Source: a virus
DNA length: 42,270 nt
Direction: 5' to 3' (one strand)
Virus record (IMG/VR): IMGVR_UViG_3300022896_000002
Span: 1 to 42,270 of that record
Shown: piece by piece, positions 1-7,582 of the stretch
How positions within the stretch are numbered: position 1 is the first letter of the stretch
Layout: every line of letters begins with the position of its first letter
Notes under the pieces: model-generated
Databases searched by the model: none
What the model was told of the DNA's origin: nothing
Seen by the model: only the letters and a program-made list of their open reading frames with translations
Position numbers and translations under genes: made by a program

Positions 1-127
1 CGTTCCATTTCCACCAAGTGATAAGAACTTTCCAGCTCCAGGGTCATAAATCATTACAGATGCACTGTCATAACCCCCGATTCCGTTGTCGAGTTTGGCT
101 GTAAATCCACCCTCTGATATGAGTCCA
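1..127. repeat. Terminal direct repeat copy 1, identical to 42144..42270. Indicates a closed or circularly permuted genome with a 42,143-bp unit.
   Basis: Bases 1-127 (cgttccatttccaccaag...ctctgatatgagtcca) recur exactly at 42144-42270. The repeat lies inside one continuous minus-strand reading frame. Confidence 0.95.
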
Positions 128-522
128 TTGAATCCGTCACTGTCATAATGAAGGTCACTGCTTGCTCTAAAGCCTCCCGACCCATCACTCAGTTGTACGT
201 CACCATCTGACCCGTCCGATCCGATAGCATCAAGCTTAGCCTCATCACTAGTCGTAAAGCTGGCGGTTGTTGCATCAAGTATGGCCTTGTTTGCATGGGT
301 ATGACGAGCAGAAGTATTTGCCGCTACATCAGTATTGTTCGATACCTCAGCATCAAAGTCAGATATGGTATTTGCGAGTTGTGTGCCAGTGTGGTTCGCG
401 CGATCAAACACATCGGCCTGTATGTCGTTTGGATCGTAAATGTCTGGAGACATCCCACCACCAGTATTAATCTGCTTCAACACGATCTTTATCGGTTTAC
501 TTGTGCCGATCTTTATATTCAT
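1..522 (-). CDS. Tail fibre protein, 5' part. The start codon is ATG at 522..520. The gene continues across the window junction into 39486..42270, for 1,059 aa in total.
   Basis: Hand translation of the minus strand from 522 gives MNIKIGTSKPIKIVLKQINTGGGMSPDIYDPND...SASVMIYDPGAGKF, in frame with the ORF-track protein that starts MIYDPGAGKF at 42197 (= position 54). The TAATG overlaps the stop of the upstream gene. Confidence 0.85.
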   Translation of the reverse strand, partial: MNIKIGTSKPIKIVLKQINTGGGMSPDIYDPNDIQADVFDRANHTGTQLANTISDFDAEVSNNTDVAANTSARHTHANKAILDATTASFTTSDEAKLDAIGSDGSDGDVQLSDGSGGFRASSDLHYDSDGFNGLISEGGFTAKLDNGIGGYDSASVMIYDPGAGKFLSLGGNGT

Positions 523-860
523 TATGAGATTGCCTTTACTCCGCTTTCAATTATTTTAAGTTCTGACACAGCTTCATCAACTATCCCAGGCCCAATTACC
601 TTAATAGCTCGCTTCCAGTACCCAGTAGGGAAGTTGACATTATCATCAGCAGATATGATAAAGGTGCATTCACCGGCACTGTTAAACGTCCTATCGTCTA
701 TGTATATAGCGTTTTCATCAGAGTCTTCGAAGTCTTTCTTTATGGCGAGGTAAACTTTGTAGGTGCTGTAGTCAACAGGGTCATTAAGCGTATCCTGGAT
801 GGTTATTGGGAAGATCCATGTCGTACCTTTGGTTACTTCGTCGTCATTTTTGTATGCCAT
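522..860 (-). CDS. Hypothetical virion-associated protein (112 aa) between the portal-MuF gene and the tail fibre gene
   Basis: ORF track. Its stop overlaps the tail-fibre start (TAATG) and it overlaps the portal gene end, so it is in an operon context. Confidence 0.65.
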   Translation of the reverse strand: MAYKNDDEVTKGTTWIFPITIQDTLNDPVDYSTYKVYLAIKKDFEDSDENAIYIDDRTFNSAGECTFIISADDNVNFPTGYWKRAIKVIGPGIVDEAVSELKIIESGVKAIS

Positions 861-3061
861 ATTACTCCTTGGTTATTAGCCGATAGGCTAGGTTCCGTTG
901 TTCCGCCGGGTGCTTCTGGAAGACCTGTTATCCCTGGCCTATCCTCTTCATCGTTCATTATCGCTACCCATATGCAGCGGCAGTTGAAATGTATTGGGGG
1001 CATCCATTTGGTGGCATAGTAAGTGGCCTCTTCAACCACGCTACTGTCCAGGTCGAGGCACACCTGACAGACCTTTGCATCTAATATAGCAGAGTATTGA
1101 TACGCATATATGTCCTTACTGAACTGTTGGAACACATCATCACGGCCAATATTTATGGCAGTTGTGATTATCGAACTAGCGGTAAGTGTCTCTTTCTCGT
1201 CAAAAAACAAGCTGAATGACGAAGCAATCAGAGAAAGTATATCACCAACAGACAGTTCTTGAACAGTGCTAAGTTTATTCTTCCTTACTGCGTCTGTAAC
1301 GATCGTCTTAAGGTTGAACAGCATATCAGCATACTGCTTCTCGACTATAGCTTTGGTGTGTTCTGCGATCAGTTCCTTTGACTTCTGCTTGTTAGATGGT
1401 GCGGATGCCTTTATCTCATCGGCTGCGCTATTCTTTGCGGCACTGTAGGCAGATACCATATGGTCTGACATTACCTTCTGGAGCTTGTCACCGAACTTTA
1501 GCTCAAACCCGTCGAGTGCTTTAGTACCCTTTTCTTCAAGCAAAGGCTTTAGACGGGTTGTGGCATCCTTGCTCATGTCAGTAAAGACAGGACGAAGATC
1601 ATCGATAAGCTTAGCCTCTTCGTCGTTCGCCTTCTTTTCGATTGATGAGAAGTTAACCTTTGATTCGGTGGTGGTCAGCTCGCGCCACCATTTAGATTTT
1701 GCGAGCTTAGTCACTTTTGTTGACTTGGATTGCTCAACTTTCTGGCCGGTGCCGTTTGTTGTATTGTCATTATCGTCGGGCTCTTCCTCGTCATCAGGCT
1801 TCTCTATGTCAAGTTGGTCGGCAACACGCTCAGCAATGCCATCTGTTATCCACTGAGGCAGAGTGCCCTTAGTTACCAGGGAGTTAAATGCTTCCCTAAG
1901 GAGCTTCTCATTTGCATCGCTTAAGTCATTAAATCTGAAAGATGAATATAAAGGCTTCTCGAAGTTATAATCATGAAGCTTTGGAATTAAGAAAGAATTA
2001 ATATGTTCTTCGATTGACATCATGGTCGATTTAATGCTGAGGATAAACAGGTCAGTATGGTTCTCGCTTAGCGCATAGCTACCACCGGCGCTGCTCTTTG
2101 TAGAGCCGAGCAAGAGCATCTGGGCAAGCAGTGATCGTGCCATTTGGGAGTCGTGGTGATCGATGTAAGGCAGCATGTCCATTGTCTGGCCAGGATTGTG
2201 TACGTTTAGCTTCCAGCCGAAGGGCAGAGATACACTTGGTCGTATAGCCATAGCATCTACTCTCGCAAGGTTAGCGGCCCTGACATCGTCGAGCACACCG
2301 TCTGGCTCTTCGAGACTCTTAGGGTTGATCGCTGAGGCCTGAGCCTGTTGATTTGCTAAGAAGTACAGCTTACGCTTATTAATGTAGTGCTTGTAGGCAG
2401 CAGTAAAGTTACTCATACCCTTAAGCTTCTTACGGTCCTTGCGGTTAGTGAACAGGAAGCAATATTGCAGGTCGATAGTTACTGTCGCTTGCTTGCCGTC
2501 TTTTGTCACTGTCTGCTTAACACCGCTAAAACCACCAGTGTCGTCGGCAAGTATGTCGACAGATCCATAGTCACGGCTAGCAAGCTTCTTGAATACTACA
2601 TTGCCATTATCATCGATCTTATAAACAATCTCGAAGAACTTATACCCCTGAGCGAGAGCAAGGAGCATCTCAGATAATACCAAGCTAAACGGAGTGGACA
2701 TGCCACCTTTGTGCTGTGGGTTACGAAATGCTGCCTCTGCTAAGTCTGCCTGAGGGTGTGTGATAGTCTCATCGCCGTTCTTGTCCTTAACCACAAGCTC
2801 ATCCTCAGGATCAGCGTCGATTCTCCATGAGGTTGCCAGCACCGGGAAGGTAATAACGCTGTAGAGCATGGCGGCAGTACCGTCAGTGTCAATCATATCC
2901 ATTATCTGGTGTACAGAGGGCTTCTTGCTCGTGTTAAAGTTCTCGTCAAGATAGTCCTGATATGATTTCGCGCCACTAGCTGCGCTGGAGCCCTGCTCTT
3001 TGCCAATATTTTTTGGTTGAGGTTCACGACTCAGTGTCACCTCATAGCCTAATATTTTCAC
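833..3061 (-). CDS. Portal protein (Mu gp29/DUF935-like) fused to a C-terminal MuF/SPP1 gp7-like minor head morphogenesis domain
   Basis: 742 aa. The GTG start is preceded by GGAGG. The N-terminal ~470 aa is portal-like and sits directly downstream of TerL. The C-terminus carries the MuF signature CQVCLDLD...WMPPIHFNCRCIWV. Confidence 0.85.
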   Translation of the reverse strand: MKILGYEVTLSREPQPKNIGKEQGSSAASGAKSYQDYLDENFNTSKKPSVHQIMDMIDTDGTAAMLYSVITFPVLATSWRIDADPEDELVVKDKNGDETITHPQADLAEAAFRNPQHKGGMSTPFSLVLSEMLLALAQGYKFFEIVYKIDDNGNVVFKKLASRDYGSVDILADDTGGFSGVKQTVTKDGKQATVTIDLQYCFLFTNRKDRKKLKGMSNFTAAYKHYINKRKLYFLANQQAQASAINPKSLEEPDGVLDDVRAANLARVDAMAIRPSVSLPFGWKLNVHNPGQTMDMLPYIDHHDSQMARSLLAQMLLLGSTKSSAGGSYALSENHTDLFILSIKSTMMSIEEHINSFLIPKLHDYNFEKPLYSSFRFNDLSDANEKLLREAFNSLVTKGTLPQWITDGIAERVADQLDIEKPDDEEEPDDNDNTTNGTGQKVEQSKSTKVTKLAKSKWWRELTTTESKVNFSSIEKKANDEEAKLIDDLRPVFTDMSKDATTRLKPLLEEKGTKALDGFELKFGDKLQKVMSDHMVSAYSAAKNSAADEIKASAPSNKQKSKELIAEHTKAIVEKQYADMLFNLKTIVTDAVRKNKLSTVQELSVGDILSLIASSFSLFFDEKETLTASSIITTAINIGRDDVFQQFSKDIYAYQYSAILDAKVCQVCLDLDSSVVEEATYYATKWMPPIHFNCRCIWVAIMNDEEDRPGITGLPEAPGGTTEPSLSANNQGVIWHTKMTTK

Positions 3062-3085
3062 TCTAGGGCCTCCATAATTTATGTT

Positions 3086-4597
3086 TTAGAATCCATTAAG
3101 ATTATTGTACAACTGATCGTAGGTTTGACCAACAGCAACCACAGCCTTTGCAGTGTCGTCAGTGAGACCGCTTATCATTCTTACCCAGTATGCAATCACT
3201 GCCGCATCTGCAATATCTGGACTGGCGCCGAGCCTCTTCTTGAGCTGGTCTTTGCTCTCCACTGCCAGTATTTTAGAACCGTTGTCGTATTCATGAAGCA
3301 ATAACTCTTTCTTTAAAGCGCTAATGAATGGACAACCGGAGTACATGAACATCATGCTGTTATCTGTATCCATTGCCCACTTATGGAACACCTGGGATCG
3401 AAGCATGTTGTATGGCGGCTTGATGTTTTTAGACTTCTCAGCTGGGGTCTGGTATGGTGCGTCACCTGCCCTAAACTGCCGAACCTTGTAGCCCTTCATG
3501 TGCATGTAGGTTAGCCACCCTTGACCGATTCCAACGACATCGCCTCCGATATGTGTATATCCTACACCTTCACGCTCTGCCATATCAATCGTAAGTCTAC
3601 CGATAATTGCACCCGGGTTGAATGGGTCAAGCTCAGCAGGAAGCGCTAGGCGCCTGAGGTCTTCCGTGGTGTACACTTCAATGTCGACAAACGTATCTTC
3701 TTCAAGCAACGCTATTACTGCACGGTCTTTACCACCGGCGTTAGGGTCAACACCTATATACCTTTGGCCGCGCTTAATGCGGTTTATGGTGAGGCTATCT
3801 AACGTCCTGCTCTTAAATAGCGACCCATCATCATCGAAATAGTTCCAGTTATTGTAGAGGAAACGCTGTTTCCAGCTCTCTGCATTCTGCATGAAGCCGT
3901 CATAGTATCCAGTGAGATACAGCGGGCTATCTTCCATCTCAAATTCGATTACCATAACGTTATCGGGTAGTGGATCGATAGCATCCCACTCGTCGACGCT
4001 CATGTTGTCTGGTCTGCGTCCTATCCTTTTAAGCCAGGGCAGATATACCTTTCGTTTAGTCCAGCCATCATTCGGGTTGCATGCCGAAAGCATCACACTC
4101 GGCGCGCCACCGTCGTTCCTGCGCCCTGTTCGTGACTGGAGCGTTATATATCCACCCTCGTCAACATCGTCCACCTCGTCAACGCCAGCAGTTGTAGCGG
4201 TGATCTTAAGCTTGGCCCAATCACGGTCGCGACTCTTGTTCATACCGATAAACTGTATGATAGAGCCCGTCTTAGTGAACTTTATTCTCAGATCATTGGC
4301 CGCCTGTCGTGTCGAGTAATGCTTTCCTGACACATATCCCATCTTGGAGAGTGCCTCCATGTAGACCTCCCAGGTACCAATCTGAGCTTCTGAGAGATCC
4401 TTACGTCCTACGGGTATGATTACGCGCTTGAACTGCTGGGCGATGCTGATATGAGTCATGGCCATAGCAAACGTCTTGGTGCTACCAATCGGTCCAATGA
4501 GGAATATCTCGGTAATGCCATTCTGTTTAGCATCACGAACCGCACACATTACCTCTGCTTGTTTAGGCCATGCACCAAATGGCAATTTTTCCTGCAT
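3086..4597 (-). CDS. terL: Terminase large subunit
   Basis: 503 aa. Walker A-like GPIGSTKT and Walker B-like TTAGVDEVDD. The C-terminal RNase-H-like nuclease has IGVDPNAGGKDRAV and SPDIADAAVIAYW. Position is between TerS and portal. Confidence 0.9.
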   Translation of the reverse strand: MQEKLPFGAWPKQAEVMCAVRDAKQNGITEIFLIGPIGSTKTFAMAMTHISIAQQFKRVIIPVGRKDLSEAQIGTWEVYMEALSKMGYVSGKHYSTRQAANDLRIKFTKTGSIIQFIGMNKSRDRDWAKLKITATTAGVDEVDDVDEGGYITLQSRTGRRNDGGAPSVMLSACNPNDGWTKRKVYLPWLKRIGRRPDNMSVDEWDAIDPLPDNVMVIEFEMEDSPLYLTGYYDGFMQNAESWKQRFLYNNWNYFDDDGSLFKSRTLDSLTINRIKRGQRYIGVDPNAGGKDRAVIALLEEDTFVDIEVYTTEDLRRLALPAELDPFNPGAIIGRLTIDMAEREGVGYTHIGGDVVGIGQGWLTYMHMKGYKVRQFRAGDAPYQTPAEKSKNIKPPYNMLRSQVFHKWAMDTDNSMMFMYSGCPFISALKKELLLHEYDNGSKILAVESKDQLKKRLGASPDIADAAVIAYWVRMISGLTDDTAKAVVAVGQTYDQLYNNLNGF

Positions 4598-4600
4598 AAT

Positions 4601-5065
4601 CTATTCTTTTTTGGTCTTTTTTGGCTTCTTAGCCTCAGCTGGGCGCATATTGAACACCATGAGCGGCACTATCTGCTCATCGTCGCTAGTAATATCCAGC
4701 CTGTCGCCATACTTCCTAGGTGCTAGTTTGGACATAAGCTTAAGCCTGGTATCTACCCTCAGCTTTGACCGTTGAACAACATCAAAGTCGGTCTTAACAT
4801 TGCCATTGCCATCAATGTAGGTATCGTTCTCGCCATCGTCAGCTATGTCAATAACCTGCTCGGCCCAGGCATCAGTCCGATCCTGGACAGCAAGGTCATA
4901 TTGGTTACGAAATTTCTGTAGTGAAGGCATCCCCCGCCATCTTAGTACTTGTGACTTCTCTGGCATGCCCTCTTCCTGGCAGATCTTACTCAAAGACTTG
5001 CCCGCGCGTATCCCCTGGCATATACGATCACCCATCGCTTTAGTAAAAACTGTATGACGTCCCAT
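4601..5065 (-). CDS. terS: Terminase small subunit (HTH type)
   Basis: 154 aa. N-terminal HTH-like ICQGIRAGKSLSKICQEEGMP...VLRW and C-terminal RSKLRVDTRLKLMSKLAPRKYGDR, typical of small terminase subunits. It lies immediately upstream of terL. Confidence 0.8.
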   Translation of the reverse strand: MGRHTVFTKAMGDRICQGIRAGKSLSKICQEEGMPEKSQVLRWRGMPSLQKFRNQYDLAVQDRTDAWAEQVIDIADDGENDTYIDGNGNVKTDFDVVQRSKLRVDTRLKLMSKLAPRKYGDRLDITSDDEQIVPLMVFNMRPAEAKKPKKTKKE

Positions 5066-5067
5066 TG

Positions 5068-5208
5068 CTACTGATTCCTAAGCTTTGACTCTGCCTGATG
5101 ACGAGCTGTCGTCGCGGTGTGCACAGTCATGTAAACGACAAATAACCATAAGAACATAATCCCTATGCCCGAAAATATAAATCCAATAATAACTAACAGT
5201 TGGTCCAT
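5068..5208 (-). CDS. Small membrane peptide (46 aa), below the ORF-track size cutoff
   Basis: Hand-translated: MDQLLVIIGFIFSGIGIMFLWLFVVYMTVHTATTARHQAESKLRNQ. GAGGAGA lies 7 nt upstream of the ATG. There is one hydrophobic helix, and the stop is 2 nt before the terS start. Confidence 0.55.
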   Translation of the reverse strand: MDQLLVIIGFIFSGIGIMFLWLFVVYMTVHTATTARHQAESKLRNQ

Positions 5209-5259
5209 TTGTTTGTTCTCCTCTAGCATGATTATACAACAGCCACGTTCAATGGACTA

Positions 5260-6048
5260 CTAGTCCTTGGCGTTAGCAACTGACTTGCCTGGTGGCTTCG
5301 CAGTAGGCGGTGGCGTCTCGTACTTATCAAACGCACCAGACTTCAAGCGTTTCTTCTGATCCTTAACGATCTCTGAATAGGGCTTAGCCGGTGTGAGTAC
5401 AGGCATGGGCTCTTCTTCTATATCGAGCGCATCGCTCACACTAGTGTTTATCTTCGCTATGCCCTTATCAATCTGCCTCTGCTCTTTTACGGCCCTACTG
5501 CGCGACTTGCACTCGTATGAACAGTAATCACCAGTCTTAAGGTTTATCTTATCGCACCACTTACACTTCTTCACGGGCTTAGTGACAGGCTGCTCTACAA
5601 CAGATCCCGATGTGGTTGGTATGTTATCAAGGATGGTCGCACCCCTCGGTGAAACAGTAACAGACTCTATCTTCTCTAACTCAACTGGCCTGGGTGTCGT
5701 TGAGACTTCATCTGGTTTTTGTTTGGCCTCAGACCTTCTTTTAGCGGCAAGTTCTCTCTTGTATTTGAGGGAACAGGATTTGCATCGTCCCTGAACTGCG
5801 TCACTACGGTTATTACGAATATAGAAGTCTATTACCGGCTTCTTCTCACCACACATGCTGCAGACAGCGTACTCTCTTGACTTGAGTGATTTAAGCTTCT
5901 TTATCATGTCTTCAAGAGATGCTATTGCCTGTTCTATGATTTTGTTTTTATCAACAATAAATTCATACCTCAATTCCTCATTTTCTGAATCAAGTGTGTG
6001 CTTTATCTCTTTGATAAGTGGCGCTAAAGCCTCTTTAGATATGTTCAT
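5260..6048 (-). CDS. Zn-ribbon protein of unknown function, first gene of the minus-strand arm
   Basis: 262 aa with two Cys4 clusters (CSMCGEKK...CKSCS and CKWCDK...CSYECK). No Shine-Dalgarno is seen upstream of the ATG at 6048. Confidence 0.7.
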   Translation of the reverse strand: MNISKEALAPLIKEIKHTLDSENEELRYEFIVDKNKIIEQAIASLEDMIKKLKSLKSREYAVCSMCGEKKPVIDFYIRNNRSDAVQGRCKSCSLKYKRELAAKRRSEAKQKPDEVSTTPRPVELEKIESVTVSPRGATILDNIPTTSGSVVEQPVTKPVKKCKWCDKINLKTGDYCSYECKSRSRAVKEQRQIDKGIAKINTSVSDALDIEEEPMPVLTPAKPYSEIVKDQKKRLKSGAFDKYETPPPTAKPPGKSVANAKD

Positions 6049-6240
6049 GAAGTCACTCTATACTAAAAAATAGACTTGCGCAAATCGCTTATATTTGTGT
6101 ATGATGATTCTAGAGTTTAAAGCCGCAACCGCGGATGTGTCTTATAAGCTCACAACCACTACAAATAATAAAACATCAACAAAAAACCCAAGCTATTACA
6201 CTTGGATTTGTTTGTAAGCTAAGCGAGTGCTTAAACTTGT

Positions 6241-6269
6241 TTGCTCACGAACTACTACTCATTTATAGT
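6241..6269 (+). promoter_or_regulatory. Candidate early promoter for the first plus-strand operon
   Basis: TTGCTC (6241-6246), 17-nt spacer, TATAGT (6264-6269). It is followed by GGGAGG and the ATG at 6300. Confidence 0.45.
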
Positions 6270-6299
6270 AGCATGGTTTGGTGTGGGAGGCAATAGTTA

Positions 6300-6629
6300 A
6301 TGCAGAGAATTTCGGAGATTCCCCTCTATAGATCTATAGAAACTAAGGTACTTAAATCTTCTATAGAAACTATAGATTCTATAGAGAAAGAACCTTCGAG
6401 TGAAGCTAAGTTACGACACGAGAGAGCAGACCTGATCATTGATTCAATGCCTGACTTAGTTGATAGTAAATACCGGCCATTCTTTTTTAAGAAACTATAT
6501 ACACTTGGTCCAGAGTTATTTATTAAACTAGCTGAGCATGCACGTAAGTACGGTACGCATAAGAATGGTCAGAAGCTCTTCGTAAAACTATTAAAAGAAC
6601 AGTGCTTAGCTGTTCAGGAGAAGGCATAG
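6300..6629 (+). CDS. Hypothetical early protein (109 aa). Its 5' coding region carries the TCTATAGA site cluster.
   Basis: ORF track. GGGAGG lies about 10 nt upstream. The N-terminal residues ...YRSIETKVLKSSIETIDSIEK are encoded by the repeated DNA sites. Confidence 0.65.
   Translation: MQRISEIPLYRSIETKVLKSSIETIDSIEKEPSSEAKLRHERADLIIDSMPDLVDSKYRPFFFKKLYTLGPELFIKLAEHARKYGTHKNGQKLFVKLLKEQCLAVQEKA
6325..6385. repeat. Cluster of five copies of the 8-bp palindrome TCTATAGA, one of them degenerate (ACTATAGA). Candidate operator or origin iterons.
   Basis: Copies at 6325, 6333, 6360, 6369 (ACTATAGA) and 6378. The 13-mer TCTATAGAAACTA occurs twice (6333, 6360). Confidence 0.8.
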
Positions 6630-7057
6630 TGAACTATATTGGCTCAAACGATAACAAACAACGGATACGGGCTATATACGAGCATATCGAGATTGCTACT
6701 AACCAGGCATTCCATGAAGGTCTAAAGCTTGGCGTGAAAATGAAAAAACCTACCCAGGAGGAGTTCCACGAGCAGCATCAGGAACCGATGGAGTACATGA
6801 CTGGCAAGCAGTCACTGGCAACGTATGTGATCAGTGGCAAACTCAAAAAAGAAACTGCGGTTAGTAGATTTGAAGCATTCCTAGTACGTAAGAATGGCGA
6901 GCTGCCCGCTGGATTCAATGTTAGTGATAATGTTGAGCCCTGGGGCATTACCCTGACGATCGATGATCGCGGTGAGCCTGATTTCTACCTAGCAAATGAT
7001 ATTGATGGAATCTACCCGGCGTGGATACTCGAAACTAAGAAATGGGAGACAAAGTAA
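6629..7057 (+). CDS. Hypothetical early protein
   Basis: Same frame as the ORF-track entry 6602..7057. I prefer the GTG at 6629: GGAGAAGG lies 4 nt upstream and there is a TAGTG overlap with the upstream stop. Confidence 0.65.
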   Translation: MNYIGSNDNKQRIRAIYEHIEIATNQAFHEGLKLGVKMKKPTQEEFHEQHQEPMEYMTGKQSLATYVISGKLKKETAVSRFEAFLVRKNGELPAGFNVSDNVEPWGITLTIDDRGEPDFYLANDIDGIYPAWILETKKWETK

Positions 7058-7305
7058 TGAGAAAAATGGTTGGATATAAGACTCTTGAATCTAGGCTTAG
7101 TGAGCACCTTGATGAGTTGGTCATGGAATCAATGGATGATGGATGGACAGTTTATGGCAAGCAAAATGTTGCTGCTGCACATGATGGCTTACGTATGACT
7201 TACGCTTTCTTTCAAGTCATGGTCAAATACGAGTTCACTGATACCACCCCACCATCATTCGTACCTGAGATTCGAACAAGCGGGGAGCAGTATCATCAAC
7301 GCTAG
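7057..7305 (+). CDS. Hypothetical small protein, possibly DUF1737-like
   Basis: Same frame as the ORF-track entry 7042..7305. The ATG at 7057 has GGGAGA 7 nt upstream and a TAATG overlap. MRKMVGYKTLES...LDELVMESMDDGWTVYG resembles the DUF1737 pattern, recalled from memory only. Confidence 0.6.
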   Translation: MRKMVGYKTLESRLSEHLDELVMESMDDGWTVYGKQNVAAAHDGLRMTYAFFQVMVKYEFTDTTPPSFVPEIRTSGEQYHQR

Positions 7306-7323
7306 TATGCATCGATGCTAAAT

Positions 7324-7379
7324 GAAATAGCAGTCCCGGAGACAAACGAATGGAATCGTAAGAGTGGGGCTGCTATTTC
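7324..7379 (+). other. Long stem-loop after the last gene of early operon 1 (14 bp including one G-U). No U-tract.
   Basis: GAAATAGCAGTCCC (7324-7337) pairs with GGGGCTGCTATTTC (7366-7379). There is an inner ACGA/TCGT helix, and the stem is followed by AAAAAT rather than a T-run. Confidence 0.5.
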
Positions 7380-7419
7380 AAAAATGAGTATATCAGACTT
7401 ACTATATTTAGGAAACTCA

Positions 7420-7448
7420 TTGACAAATAGCCGCAGGCGGTATACAAT
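7420..7448 (+). promoter_or_regulatory. Conserved early promoter, copy 1
   Basis: TTGACA (7420-7425), 17-nt spacer AATAGCCGCAGGCGGTA, TACAAT (7443-7448). It belongs to a 4-member near-identical family. Confidence 0.7.
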
Positions 7449-7454
7449 GAAAGA

Positions 7455-7582
7455 GTACATTAATAAACAGTTTTGACTAGCTAAATGGGAAGACAAGGAC
7501 GAAATGAATTATAATTTGAGGTTTTTAACTACTAACGCAAATATAGATTCATGCTTGGTCTTTGCCTTTCCAATCTATTGGG
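7455..7582 (+). ncRNA. AT-rich 5' leader of the candidate giant ncRNA (predicted transcription start to the first helix). Its status is unresolved, because a weak 53-aa ORF (7504..7665) with an AAGGA upstream begins here.
   Basis: The transcription start is predicted about 7 nt downstream of the -10 element at 7443-7448. I found no significant helices in this stretch, and the 53-aa ORF runs on into helix set 7583-7674. Confidence 0.3.

Noticed and set aside
1-127. The 127-bp terminal repeat as a biological element (physical DTR, LTR or IS end)
   Set aside because: It lies within, and in frame with, a single long tail-fibre ORF. That is what an assembly overlap of a circular or permuted genome produces.
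6120-6145. AGCCGCAACCGCGG, resembling the conserved promoter spacer AGCCGCAGGCGGT
   Set aside because: It has no properly spaced -35 or -10 hexamers around it, so it is not a fifth member of the promoter family. It may still be a related binding site.
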